A DNA stretch of 64,000 bases from Terriglobia bacterium (GTDB taxonomy: Bacteria > Acidobacteriota > Terriglobia > 20CM-2-55-15). Position 1 is the first letter of the stretch. Each line of letters starts with the position of its first letter. Shown here piece by piece: positions 9,702 through 19,400 of the stretch. Under the pieces are notes generated by a model that ran no database searches, was not told the origin of the DNA, and saw only the letters and a list, made by a program, of their open reading frames with translations. The stretch lies in NCBI GenBank assembly GCA_965218585.1, contig CBDCLE010000024.1, positions 160,001 to 224,000 on the forward strand. The letters are read 5' to 3'. The translations under genes were made by a program, and so were the position numbers.

Positions 9702-10559
9702 ATGAACGTTACGCTCCGACCGGCGGTCCCCGCTGACGCGTCCTCCTGTGGCCGCATTTGCTACGACGCCTTCAAGTCCGTCTCTCGAACACACAACGCC
9801 CCCTCCGACTGGCCCTCGGCCGAAGACGCAACCTTCGCCATGCGGTCCGTCCTCGCCCACGCCGGGTTCTACGGGGTTGTCGCCGAGAGAGAAGGCCGGG
9901 TCGTCGGCAGTTGCTTCCTGGATGAGCGTTCGAGCGTCGTCGGTCTCGGCCCGATCACAGTCGACCCAGCCCATCAGGCTGACTCAATCGGGCGACGGCT
10001 GATGGAACACTCCCTCCAGCGGATCGATCAGCAGGACAAGCAGGGCGTGCGGCTCGTGCAAGCCGCCTACAACAATCAATCGCTGTCCTTATATACAAAA
10101 CTGGGCTTTGAGATCCGAGAACCCCTGGTCAACTTACAGGGCACGTCAATCAATCTTGAGCTAACCGGCTATACGATCCGCCCTATCCGGGAGGACGAAA
10201 TCGACGGTTGCGGCAGGATCTGTCGTCGTATTCATGGATACGATCGAACCCGGGAACTTCGGGAGAGCATCGGGGCCGGTACGGCCCGGTTAGTCGAGTC
10301 GGATCGTCGGGTATTGGGGTACGCGACTGCGATCGGCTTCCGAGGTCACGCCGTAGCCGAAACCAACGGCGCACTGACGGCACTGATCGCAGCTGCAGGG
10401 GAGTTCGCCGGCAGCGGCTTCCTCCTGCCAAGCCGAAATGGCGAAGTGTTCCACTGGTGCCTTTCTAAAGGCCTTCGAATCGTACAGCAGATGACGTACA
10501 TGAGCCGAGGCTTCTACAAGGAACCGGAGGGAGCCTTTCTGCCCTCCATACTCTCCTGA
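9702..10559 (+). CDS. GNAT family N-acetyltransferase
   Basis: GPITVDPAHQADSIGRRLM acetyl-CoA motif, LYTKLGF. Confidence 0.85.
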   Translation: MNVTLRPAVPADASSCGRICYDAFKSVSRTHNAPSDWPSAEDATFAMRSVLAHAGFYGVVAEREGRVVGSCFLDERSSVVGLGPITVDPAHQADSIGRRLMEHSLQRIDQQDKQGVRLVQAAYNNQSLSLYTKLGFEIREPLVNLQGTSINLELTGYTIRPIREDEIDGCGRICRRIHGYDRTRELRESIGAGTARLVESDRRVLGYATAIGFRGHAVAETNGALTALIAAAGEFAGSGFLLPSRNGEVFHWCLSKGLRIVQQMTYMSRGFYKEPEGAFLPSILS

Positions 10560-10592
10560 AATCAGCGGACAGGGGTCTCAGCCAAAAAACTA

Positions 10593-10669
10593 AAACGGCC
10601 CATCCGGACACGCGGGATACTACATCCGAATGGTTAGCCGGCCATGGCTACGCGTCGAATGGGCCGTTT
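10593..10669 (-). terminator. Long branched hairpin / terminator between convergent GNAT and glnK
   Basis: AAACGGCCCAT...ATGGGCCGTTT outer stem with a T run on the minus strand. Confidence 0.55.
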
Positions 10670-10674
10670 ACCCT

Positions 10675-11016
10675 TTATCCGATCGCTGCTGACCCGCGTT
10701 CGCCGGTCCGGATTCGGATACTGTCAGGCAAGTCCATAATAAAGATCTTCCCGTCACCGATGTTTCCCGTCCGGGCCCCCTTGATGATTGCTTCTACAGT
10801 GGGTTCGACGAAGTCGTCGTTGACGGCTATTTCGACCTTCACCTTCTTGAGGAGATTGATCGTATGAATGACACCACGATAAGCCTCCTGGTACCCCTTC
10901 TGTTCCCCTGCCCCGACAGCGTTTGACACCGTCATCTTGTGAATGTCGGCGTCAAACAGCGCCTGTTTCACATCGGTAAGCTTGTGGGGCTGGATCATGG
11001 CAACAACTAGTTTCAT
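10675..11016 (-). CDS. glnK: Nitrogen regulatory protein P-II
   Basis: YRG T-loop, [21 protein letters not shown]; adjacent to amtB. Confidence 0.93.
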   Translation of the reverse strand: MKLVVAMIQPHKLTDVKQALFDADIHKMTVSNAVGAGEQKGYQEAYRGVIHTINLLKKVKVEIAVNDDFVEPTVEAIIKGARTGNIGDGKIFIMDLPDSIRIRTGERGSAAIG

Positions 11017-11074
11017 TTCACACCTTCCATCGGAATAAAGCTTTGGTTCAAGTTCATGTCAGATACTGTCTCGA

Positions 11075-12394
11075 CTAATCGGTTACGAAGATCTGGAAGC
11101 CGGAATACGCTTCCATACCATGCTCCCCGATATCCAGTCCCTTCTGCTCCTCCTCCGCTGACACACGGAGGCCCATCACAGCCTTGATCACGCTGAAGAT
11201 CACAAGAGCAGCAACAAACGTCACAACACCGTACGCAGCAATACCTATGAGCTGCGTTACGACGCTATGGTCGGGACTGAAGATGCCGACGGCCAGGGTG
11301 CCCCACATGCCACATACAAGGTGAACCGAGATAGCACCGACGGGATCGTCTATCTTGAGCTTGGAATCGATCGTAATAACCGCGAGCACGACCAGCACAC
11401 CGGCAACCAATCCGATGATCACGGCCGACATCACCGAAACGGAATCGGCGCCCGCTGTGATGCCCACCAGACCGGCCAACGCGCCATTCAGAGCCATTGA
11501 AAGGTCTGGCTTCTTCTGGACGATATTAGATGTGAAATAAGCCGCTACAATACCTGAGGCCGCTGCGAGGCAGGTGGTCACCAGCGTGAAGGAGACAGGT
11601 CCGGGATCGGCCGAGAGTACTGAACCGCCGTTGAATCCGAACCAACCCATCCACAGGAGAAACACACCTACTGTCGCCAAAGGCATGTTGGATCCGGGTA
11701 TGGCACGAACTTCGTTTCCGTAGTACTTGCCGATCCTGGGTCCTAAGAGCAGAGCCCCTGCAAGGGCACCCCATCCCCCGACGGAGTGAACAAGCGTTGA
11801 ACCGGCGAAATCATAGAAACCCATCTGATCGAGCCAGCCGCCGCCCCACTTCCAACTGCCAACAAAGGGGTAGACCAGGCCCACGAACACGACGGTAAAC
11901 ACCAGGAAGCTGTTCAGCTTGATCCTGCCGGCCACTGCTCCGGAGACGATCGTCGCACCGGTCGCGGCAAACATCCCCTGGAAGAGAAAATCCGTCCAGT
12001 AAGAATAACCACCGCCCGCATAGTCGATCAGTCCCGCTGCGCCGTCAGGCGAGCTTATCCCGAAACCCGCGAAACCGAAGAATTCCCCAATTGAGAACTC
12101 ACCGGGATACATGAGGTTGAAACCGATGATGGCGTAAGTCAGAAGACCGATCGCCACGATCATAATGTTCTTGAACAGTATGTTTACGGTGTTCTTGGCC
12201 TGAACGAGGCCCGATTCCAGCGTCGCAAACCCCAGGTGCATGATGAACACCAGAAAAGTCGCCACCATCATCCAGGTGTTGTTCACCACGAACATCGCAT
12301 CGTCAGCGGTCGTCTGGGCCTCGGCCATCGAACTCATGCAAGCGACAACGGTCATCAACAATATCAATCTGCCGGTCCAACGTTTAACTAACAT
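11075..12394 (-). CDS. amtB: Ammonium transporter
   Basis: DFAGSTLVH, GWFGFNGGS, NGALAGLVGITAG, IDDPVGAISVH, GLDIGEHG. Confidence 0.96.
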   Translation of the reverse strand: MLVKRWTGRLILLMTVVACMSSMAEAQTTADDAMFVVNNTWMMVATFLVFIMHLGFATLESGLVQAKNTVNILFKNIMIVAIGLLTYAIIGFNLMYPGEFSIGEFFGFAGFGISSPDGAAGLIDYAGGGYSYWTDFLFQGMFAATGATIVSGAVAGRIKLNSFLVFTVVFVGLVYPFVGSWKWGGGWLDQMGFYDFAGSTLVHSVGGWGALAGALLLGPRIGKYYGNEVRAIPGSNMPLATVGVFLLWMGWFGFNGGSVLSADPGPVSFTLVTTCLAAASGIVAAYFTSNIVQKKPDLSMALNGALAGLVGITAGADSVSVMSAVIIGLVAGVLVVLAVITIDSKLKIDDPVGAISVHLVCGMWGTLAVGIFSPDHSVVTQLIGIAAYGVVTFVAALVIFSVIKAVMGLRVSAEEEQKGLDIGEHGMEAYSGFQIFVTD

Positions 12395-12503
12395 GTGCCT
12401 CCTTCTCGTCCCTGCGTCGGCTTGTCACGAGATGGACTATTTAGAAACTTCAACTACGTAAGTGGCCTCAGACCGGACTGCGGTCGGAGACCGAAAACTC
12501 TTT

Positions 12504-13322
12504 CTAGAAACTCAAGCTAAGACTGAAACCGCCCCAGACCGTAGTGCCATCATCTGGGCCTGTATACTGACTGGCCCGAATTTCGTCAGTGATTAATCCA
12601 CTGACGGTTAACCACGCGCCCGCGGACCAGTTGTCGGTGATGGTGATCGGAAGGCTTGCGGTCACACTCCCGTCGTGGACTCCGGCCTTGTCGAGCCCGC
12701 TGTAATAGAATTTTGTAAAACCCCCGTTTGCAAAGCCGAGTGAAGCCGACACGTCGAAACTGCTAACGACATCGTTGTCTATGGGAAAGGAGTGTCCCGC
12801 ACCTAACAGGAAATAAGCGCCCGTGTCACCGCCTCCTGCGCTGGTCTCGTCAACATCGATGTAGATGGTGGCATTCGGAGCCAGGGGGACCGTATCGAAG
12901 CTGACTGTCCCGTAGATTTCAGTGGTCGTCGCGAATCTCTCCGGAAACGTGTAAACGATCGCGCCGACTCCCACCGACACAGCGTCGAACGAATAGTCGT
13001 AGGAAAACGTATAGTCAATTTCCGTGAAGTGGCCTTTCAGGCCGCCGCTCGCACCTGCTCGTGGATCACCGGCATTAAAGTCGTTAAAGGAAGTCAGGTC
13101 TATAGTGCCCCACGCGTTGAAGGCAAATCCTTCGATACCCAAGGTCACCGAAGGCTGGAGGCTCGGATCGTCCGTCAATCTCTGGCCCCGCCAGACGTAA
13201 CTGCTGACCACGGCGACGTCGCCTGAAGCCGAGTAAATGGAATCTTGGGCGGCCGCAGTCCCAGCTACAAGGCCGCACAGCAGAAACAATCCCAGGGTCC
13301 GTGTCCAAATCTTAGTTCTCAT
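12504..13322 (-). CDS. Putative outer-membrane beta-barrel (TorF/TIGR02001-like porin) heading the amtB-glnK operon
   Basis: Signal peptide, SSYVWRGQ, LQPSV, EIDY motifs, C-terminal Phe. Confidence 0.7.
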   Translation of the reverse strand: MRTKIWTRTLGLFLLCGLVAGTAAAQDSIYSASGDVAVVSSYVWRGQRLTDDPSLQPSVTLGIEGFAFNAWGTIDLTSFNDFNAGDPRAGASGGLKGHFTEIDYTFSYDYSFDAVSVGVGAIVYTFPERFATTTEIYGTVSFDTVPLAPNATIYIDVDETSAGGGDTGAYFLLGAGHSFPIDNDVVSSFDVSASLGFANGGFTKFYYSGLDKAGVHDGSVTASLPITITDNWSAGAWLTVSGLITDEIRASQYTGPDDGTTVWGGFSLSLSF

Positions 13323-13392
13323 TAGATTTCCCTCAATTGACGGGTCACTAGCCCCGTACTAAAGTTCCGTGACAAAAACACTCGGTTGAAAC

Positions 13393-13536
13393 AAAAAACG
13401 CCCACCACGCCCGCAATTCCGGGTGCGAGTGGACGTCTTTGTCGGGTCGAGACCGCAGTGTCTCGGAAATAAAAAAGCCCTCGGGACACCTCTCCCGAAG
13501 ACTTCATCGTCTACACAAACGATACGCCGTTGTATC
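13393..13536 (-). promoter_or_regulatory. Two tandem ANTAR-type dual-hexaloop antiterminator/terminator modules
   Basis: Minus strand: gatac-AACGGC-gtatc and agac-GATGAA-gtct overlapping terminator 1; gagac-ACTGCG-gtctc and gac-AAAGAC-gtc overlapping terminator 2. Confidence 0.8.
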
Positions 13537-13549
13537 TTTGTCGAAATCT

Positions 13550-13577
13550 ATTATGCGGATGTGTGTATGAGAGTCAA
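13550..13577 (-). promoter_or_regulatory. Sigma70-type promoter of the nitrogen operon
   Basis: TTGACT-16 bp-CATAAT directly upstream of the first ANTAR hairpin. Confidence 0.6.
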
Positions 13578-13606
13578 CCTCAAAAATTCCGAAATTTTGG
13601 GGACAA

Positions 13607-13658
13607 TTAATTCGGGGACAGTGATCAAATTCGAATTTGCTCACTGTCCCCGAATTAA
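13607..13658. repeat. GGGGACAG-type REP-like palindrome
   Basis: TTAATTCGGGGACAGTGA...TCACTGTCCCCGAATTAA, near-perfect 52-bp inverted repeat. Confidence 0.7.
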
Positions 13659-13732
13659 AACGCCAAGCCCAATACGTAAACCCCGTTGTGATGCTCCCGG
13701 TGTAGTTACCGTATCGTCCACGACCTCCAACG

Positions 13733-14827
13733 TCATCTGAAGTTCTCGATCTGCACAGGCTCCCGACGACGGCCCCAGTCACCCGGTGAGGATTCGAACA
13801 TTCCCGCACAAGTGGTCTGGCAGCGTGAGCATCGACCTTCACGATCCAGATTCCAACTCCCCAGCTCGTACCAATCGCGTCCGATGAGTGTCTCTCCGCA
13901 GGCGTGGCAATAAGTCGTGTCCGATGGAGGGTCGTGGATGTTGCCCGTGTAGACATACCGCAACCCGTTTCCCATCGCAATTTCACGCGCACGCTTCAGA
14001 GTTTCCGGCGGTGTCGGGCCACGGTCGGTCAGCTTCCAGTCGGGATGGAAGGCCGAAAAGTGCATGGGTATGTCCGAACCCAGGTTATCCACAACCCAAC
14101 GTGTCATCTGGTCCAGTTCGTCTTCGGCATCGTTCTTGCCCGGAATCACCAGGTCGGTCAACTCTATCCACACATCGGTCTCCCGGCGAAGATATAGAAG
14201 GGTATCGAGTATCGGCTCCAGATGTGCGGCACACACCTTCGAATAGAAGTTCTCCGTAAAAGCCTTTAAATCGACGTTTGCAGCGTCTATGTGCTGGAAA
14301 AACTCCTTGCGTGGCTCCTCGGCGATGTAACCGGCGGTGACAGCAACGGTGCGAATATCCCGCTTCCGGCATTCGCGCGCGACATCGATCGCGTACTCCA
14401 TAAAGATGACCGGATCGTTATAAGTAAACGCTACGCTACGGCAACCCAACGATTCAGCGGCCCGGGCGATGGTTGCCGGGGAGGCCTGGGCTGTTAGCGT
14501 GTCGAACTCGCGAGACTTGCTGATATCCCAGTTCTGACAGAACTGGCACCCCAGATTGCATCCGGCTGTTCCGAAAGAAAGAACGGAGGTACCTGGCAAG
14601 AAGTGGTTCAGGGGTTTCTTTTCGATGGGATCTATACAGAAACCACTGGAACGTCCATACGTAGTGAGAACGACCTGATCTTCATGACGCGCGCGGACGA
14701 AACAGAAACCCCGTTGGCCCTCCTGCAGACGGCAAAATCGTGGACAAACGTCGCACTGGACGCGGCCATCATCGACGGCATGCCAGTACTTGGTGGCAAC
14801 TACACCTTCGTCCAGTTCACGCGTCAT
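13733..14827 (-). CDS. amrS: AmmeMemoRadiSam system radical SAM enzyme
   Basis: CDVCPRFC, DPIEKKPLNHFLPG, GCNLGCQFCQNWDIS, AFTYNDP, YVYTGN; start could be 14884. Confidence 0.9.
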   Translation of the reverse strand: MTRELDEGVVATKYWHAVDDGRVQCDVCPRFCRLQEGQRGFCFVRARHEDQVVLTTYGRSSGFCIDPIEKKPLNHFLPGTSVLSFGTAGCNLGCQFCQNWDISKSREFDTLTAQASPATIARAAESLGCRSVAFTYNDPVIFMEYAIDVARECRKRDIRTVAVTAGYIAEEPRKEFFQHIDAANVDLKAFTENFYSKVCAAHLEPILDTLLYLRRETDVWIELTDLVIPGKNDAEDELDQMTRWVVDNLGSDIPMHFSAFHPDWKLTDRGPTPPETLKRAREIAMGNGLRYVYTGNIHDPPSDTTYCHACGETLIGRDWYELGSWNLDREGRCSRCQTTCAGMFESSPGDWGRRREPVQIENFR

Positions 14828-15189
14828 GATTCCCTGGCCGTGGCCAGCATCCTCCGGCGGTTCGTAAAACAACAGAGACGCCATGATCGATCAGCAGCTT
14901 GCCGATCCACACCATGGACCCGTAGAAAGAATCGATATGAACCTCATCGTAACGTGCTTTTCCAGAATCCTTGCCGCCCGATCAAAATGCACGCGAAGAT
15001 AGTCCTCAATAGCTCTCAGTTCGACATCGGTCCCCGGTTCCCTCAGGCATGGTGGCCTTCTTTCATTTGGAGACACGCGCTACCTACCTTTGTGTGGAGG
15101 AATACTCCCCACAACATCCAACGATATCCGGCGATTGGTGGAGGTCAACCAACAAAAGATGGGTGGTACAGATCACTAGAATGCGAATC

Positions 15190-15218
15190 TTGACCTGGGT
15201 TCGGTCAATCCCTAGACT
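15190..15218 (+). promoter_or_regulatory. Sigma70 promoter of tRNA-Arg
   Basis: TTGACC-17 bp-TAGACT, 10 bp upstream of the tRNA. Confidence 0.7.
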
Positions 15219-15228
15219 GGGGCTGTCC

Positions 15229-15302
15229 GCGCCTGTAGCTCAGCTGGATAGAGCGCTGGTCTCCGGAACCAGAGGTCGGAGGTTCGAATCCTCTCGGGCG
15301 TA
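15229..15302 (+). tRNA. tRNA-Arg(CCG)
   Basis: Cloverleaf with anticodon arm CTGGT-CTCCGGA-ACCAG and T-loop GTTCGAATC; CCA not encoded. Confidence 0.96.
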
Positions 15303-15388
15303 CTTAGGGGCTGCTGCCAAGCGGCCCTTTTTGTTTGCCTTACGAGTTTCACGTCTGTCATCAAGGTTCCTGTTATTGTTCCCAATTC

Positions 15389-15580
15389 CTAGTTTTGGGG
15401 AACATTGGGAACAGATTTTCCCAAAACCGCTTCTTCAATGGCCATCGCCGCACCACGTTCATCCTCAGTCCACGTATGTGTGTACGTGTCTGCAGTCGTC
15501 GCGATATCAGCATGGCCTAAGAGCCGTTGAGCCAACTTGAGATTGCCAGTGTGTTTATTCACCAGGCTGGCAGCTGAGTG
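15389..15580 (-). pseudogene. Tyrosine integrase C-terminal remnant
   Basis: Manual translation HSAASLVNKHTGNLKLAQRLLGHADIATTADTYTH; cut by IS256, points toward the tRNA. Confidence 0.85.
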
Positions 15581-15581
15581 T

Positions 15582-16967
15582 GAGTTATTGTCAAAAGTGG
15601 TGTTTTGCCGATTGACTCAAGCGGCGGCCTGATCGACGTGGGTCACTTCGATTCCATCGTTGAATTTCACTCCAGTAATCACCTTGGGCAGATCATCGAA
15701 TCCTCGTAATCGTCGCCAGTTCTTCTGAGCGCACTGTCCCAGTTTGAACATCATGTGCAGCATGCCAACCCGCGTCAGGCAACCCCTGGATCGCTTGGTT
15801 CGGTGGCGAATGGTAGCAAAAGTCGACTCAATGGGATTGGTCGTTCGGATGCTCTGCCAGTGCTTGGCCGGGAAGTTGAAGAAGGCCAGCAGTTCTTCTT
15901 TGTCTTTCTGGAGGCAGCGAGTGGCTTTCGGATACTTCGGCTCATAGGTTTCAATGAACAGATCGAATGCCTTCTCGGCGTCTGCCTGTGTCTGAGCCCG
16001 CCAGATCGCGTGCAAAGCCTGTTTCGCCTTCGCCTGGGCCGACTTCGGGAGCCCGTTCAGTACGTTCATGGTCTTGTGCATCCAGCAACGTTGGTGACGT
16101 GTCTCGGGATAGATTTCCTCCAGTGCGGCCCAGAATCCCATCGCACCGTCTCCGATGGCCAACTTCGGGATATTCATCCCACGCGACTTCAGCTTTAACA
16201 AGACCTCGCGCCAACTCTGTGTCGATTCCCGGACACCGTCTTCGATTGCCAGAAAACGTTTCTCTCCGCGTTGATTCGCGCCGATCACCACCAGTGCGCA
16301 CAACTTGGTTTCTTCGGCCCGCAGTCCGCTGTAGATACCGTCGGCCCAGACATAGACCCAGCGATCGGCATCCAATCGCTCCTCGCATCCCCGGCGGTAC
16401 TGCTCGGCCCAGACCTGTTTCAACCGCGATACCGTGCTCGCCGACAGGCCCTGCGCCTGGGGTCCGACAAGAACTTTTAGAGCGTCACCCATCTCGCCGC
16501 TGGAGACGCCTTTCAAATACAACCACGGCACCGCTGCTTCCAGCGATTTCGTTTTCCGAATGTAGGGAGGTACCAGGGCCGACCGGAACGTTACCGGGTC
16601 GCCAGTCTTCGCTCGGACTTTCGGGATCTGGACCGTTACCGGCCCCAAACCGGTCTGCAGTTCACGTTCAGGCAGATAACCGTTGCGCACCACCCCGGCG
16701 TTGCCCGTCTCGGTTCTCCGATCGCCGTGGTGGGATAGCAGTTCCGCCAATTCGGTTTCCACCGCGCGTTGGATCAGTTGCTGAGCTCCAACTCGTAGTA
16801 GCTCTGTTATCGGATCCTCAATCGTCTCTCGACCCTCCGGTCCATTCACGTTACTCTTGCTCATAGTGGCGTATCTCCCTTGGTTGCTTTGAAGTCTGGT
16901 AAACAACAAATCAACCAGATACGCCGCTCTTCCTCAATCCCTTAAACACCAGATTCGGTTATAACTC
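15582..16967 (-). mobile_element. IS256-family element type A, copy 2 (no target duplication)
   Basis: Same IRs as copy 1, 1386 bp, near identical; flanks do not match each other. Confidence 0.93.
15617..16864 (-). CDS. IS256-family transposase, type A
   Basis: Protein matches 1050-2297. Confidence 0.93.
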   Translation of the reverse strand: MSKSNVNGPEGRETIEDPITELLRVGAQQLIQRAVETELAELLSHHGDRRTETGNAGVVRNGYLPERELQTGLGPVTVQIPKVRAKTGDPVTFRSALVPPYIRKTKSLEAAVPWLYLKGVSSGEMGDALKVLVGPQAQGLSASTVSRLKQVWAEQYRRGCEERLDADRWVYVWADGIYSGLRAEETKLCALVVIGANQRGEKRFLAIEDGVRESTQSWREVLLKLKSRGMNIPKLAIGDGAMGFWAALEEIYPETRHQRCWMHKTMNVLNGLPKSAQAKAKQALHAIWRAQTQADAEKAFDLFIETYEPKYPKATRCLQKDKEELLAFFNFPAKHWQSIRTTNPIESTFATIRHRTKRSRGCLTRVGMLHMMFKLGQCAQKNWRRLRGFDDLPKVITGVKFNDGIEVTHVDQAAA

Positions 16968-16968
16968 T

Positions 16969-17112
16969 CCGGCACTTCAAAAACACCTCAACGGCGTTAT
17001 TGCTCTGATGAAGTCCGTAGTACAAGCGAAAGGTGGGTGGGACGAGTTCAGGAGACGGCTTCAGCGCGTATTCCCGAAGATCAATACCAACATTGAGCTG
17101 CCTTTTGAGTAA
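16969..17112 (+). pseudogene. P63C-domain (phage) protein C-terminal remnant
   Basis: Manual translation PALQKHLNGVIALMKS...WDEFRRRLQRVFPK. Confidence 0.6.
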
Positions 17113-17304
17113 CCGCTCTAAAGGAAATCTGCTAGACTTGCGGAAGTGGGTCGAAGCCGCCAAGAGTTCAAGCACTTAGCGGCCTCTAAGCCAACTCGTC
17201 CTATGCAGGAGGAAGAGTCGGCCTACAAAGTATTCTACTTCACAAGCCTCTCTCTGTTCATCCTCCTGTGTAGGCCGGTTGGCGATCCGTCCAGGAGGTT
17301 CCAA

Positions 17305-17733
17305 ATGCACAGACTGTTTTTGATCGCGCTTTTGGTGCTGGCGTGCGCCTTGCCGATGCTCGGTCAGTCCGATACGATTTTTGATGGCCATCCCTATGTC
17401 AGAGTCATTACAGATGTGGACAGCGCCAATCGTGCTCTGCTGACTGCCGATGAAACACTGGAATTCCGCACTCGGATTGTCAAGAATGGCGACAACTATT
17501 TTTGGGAAAGTCGAGGCGGACGGCCACTGATATATATTCCTCCAAGAAACCCTCAGGCGATCTATCACTATTCCATCGAACCTAGCGGTGCTGGATATAT
17601 CGAGGTGGAAAAAATCGGGAGCCAAGCCTGTGTGTATTATGAAGAGATTTCACTTGGCATGACAGTCTACATATATCGGGGTTCTGCCGTTCACTGTCTT
17701 CTCCAGGGGGCAAGCGGTGGGTCCTTGAGGTAA
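17305..17733 (+). CDS. Hypothetical secreted protein
   Basis: AGGAGG RBS, signal peptide MHRLFLIALLVLACALPMLG. Confidence 0.65.
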   Translation: MHRLFLIALLVLACALPMLGQSDTIFDGHPYVRVITDVDSANRALLTADETLEFRTRIVKNGDNYFWESRGGRPLIYIPPRNPQAIYHYSIEPSGAGYIEVEKIGSQACVYYEEISLGMTVYIYRGSAVHCLLQGASGGSLR

Positions 17734-17763
17734 GATTGCTTCTTCTCTTGAAAGGAGAAAGCA

Positions 17764-18048
17764 ATGGCAACAACGGAAGAAAAGCTCACCGCATTGGAAG
17801 CATCGATTCAGACATTGAATGCGACCCTGAATGAAACCGCGAACAATATCTATGCGCTCTTGAGAGATATTCAGGGCAGGATGACAGGGGTCGAGAATCG
17901 CATGATCGCATTGGAGACCCGGATGGCTGGCGTCGAGGGCAGACTTACCGGAATAGAAACACGCTTGATTTCAGTCGAAACCAGGATCGCATCAATACCC
18001 GATTCAATCGCGGACAAGATCGGCTTTGCGCAGACCCAGCGCCCATAG
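17764..18048 (+). CDS. Heptad-repeat coiled-coil protein
   Basis: AAAGGAG RBS; five 7-aa repeats such as MTGVENR, MIALETR, MAGVEGR. Confidence 0.7.
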   Translation: MATTEEKLTALEASIQTLNATLNETANNIYALLRDIQGRMTGVENRMIALETRMAGVEGRLTGIETRLISVETRIASIPDSIADKIGFAQTQRP

Positions 18049-18139
18049 ATTCTCCTGCGGGCGTCTCAAAAAGCGCCTGTTCGAGACTAATCTTTTGCGG
18101 ATGATCGCCGCCCCGCCCCGCTGCCGAAAACGCTTCTTG

Positions 18140-18214
18140 GAAGTCTGGACCGGCACGCAAGCCGAATACGCTGCGCTGACGCCAGACCCCGATACACTCT
18201 ACCTGATCCCCTGA
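18140..18214 (+). pseudogene. Phage tail-fibre-like C-terminal motif remnant
   Basis: EVWTGTQAEYAALTPDPDTLYLIP resembles the W.GT.AEY.A...D..TLY.I phage motif. Confidence 0.55.
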
Positions 18215-18291
18215 GACAGGGGACCTTAAACTAGGAAATTCCGAAGCCGAGAACGCTGACCCTGGGCCCAATCAGTAGAGCTTGACGGTTT

Positions 18292-18876
18292 ATGGCTGTT
18301 AACTACAGTGATTTTCAGAGATTGCCCTGGTACTACCAGGCTGGGATCGTCGTGGGTGCCTCTGGAGTGGTTCTCGCCTTGTTCTGGTATCAGTTCCTGC
18401 GGCCGCTTGGAGCCGAGGTGGTGACTCTGAACGCTCAGCTGACCCAACTCAATCAGGACGTTGCGGCCGCTGTTCAAAGACAGCAGCAACTGGCTGAAAT
18501 CCGGGCGGAAGCTGAACAAATGCAGGTGCAGCTCGATGCCTTGAAGCCTATTCTGCCGCTGGAACGCGAAACCGATGAAATCCTCCGTCAAGTCCAGCAG
18601 GCAGCGACGGATTCTTCGTTAAGGCTCTTGAGGGTATCGCCCAGAGCGCCGGTGGATAGCGAGTTCTACTCGGAGTGGCCGATCGACATGCAGGTCGAGG
18701 CCACCTACCACAACATGGGTCTCTATCTGGATAGAATTCGCGAACTGGACAGGATTGTGAACATCACCGGTCTTCAGATAACTGCGACCGGAGACGGCAT
18801 CACGACATCGGTATCGGCTACCTATACGGCAACGACGTTTGTGTACATCGAAGAGGAGCCGGCACCGGGGAGCTGA
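18292..18876 (+). CDS. pilO: Type IV pilus assembly protein PilO
   Basis: N-terminal TM, coiled coil, LP.ERE..EIL, ATYHNMG..LDRI..L.RIVNI. Confidence 0.88.
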   Translation: MAVNYSDFQRLPWYYQAGIVVGASGVVLALFWYQFLRPLGAEVVTLNAQLTQLNQDVAAAVQRQQQLAEIRAEAEQMQVQLDALKPILPLERETDEILRQVQQAATDSSLRLLRVSPRAPVDSEFYSEWPIDMQVEATYHNMGLYLDRIRELDRIVNITGLQITATGDGITTSVSATYTATTFVYIEEEPAPGS

Positions 18877-18878
18877 CC

Positions 18879-19400
18879 ATGAGTTACAGACTCGCATTCA
18901 TATTGGGCTTCATACTGGTTCTTCTGCCGGCACCCTATGCGAACTCCGCCGTCCCGATGGCGCCTCCTCAGGAGGCGCCTGCAGTACAAGAGGAAGAAGA
19001 GCCCGCCCCACCGCCTTTGGCGATCCCTGCTGGGTTTCGCTACGACCCGAGCGGTCGCCGGGACCCTTTCGTGAATCCGGTGCCGCCGCCCCTAGTTCCG
19101 GTCGATCCGCTCTCACTGGTGCCGGCGGTTCGCCCCTTGGGACTCGGCGGCGTGCTGCTCAATGAAGTGCAATTCATTGGCATAGTGGCGTCAGAGGAGC
19201 CGTCGATGAATGTCGTGGTTGTCGTGGCCCCCGGTAATCGAACTTTCTTTGCCCGGGCAGGCGATGAACTGCTCGACGCGGTAGTCAAGGAGATCAGCCC
19301 CAACGCAATCGTATTCGAAGTAAAACCTCTCGAGGGTCAACCTGATCCCGAACAACGAGAGGAAGTTGTGCGAACGTTAAGTGCAACGCCAGGAGAATAA
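18879..19400 (+). CDS. pilP: PilP-like pilus assembly protein
   Basis: YDPSGRRDPF motif; lies between pilO and pilQ. Confidence 0.75.
   Translation: MSYRLAFILGFILVLLPAPYANSAVPMAPPQEAPAVQEEEEPAPPPLAIPAGFRYDPSGRRDPFVNPVPPPLVPVDPLSLVPAVRPLGLGGVLLNEVQFIGIVASEEPSMNVVVVVAPGNRTFFARAGDELLDAVVKEISPNAIVFEVKPLEGQPDPEQREEVVRTLSATPGE

Noticed and set aside
14885-15185. Missing AmmeMemoRadiSam partner genes (amrA/amrB) upstream of amrS
   Set aside because: No recognisable motifs in any frame I read; left uncalled.
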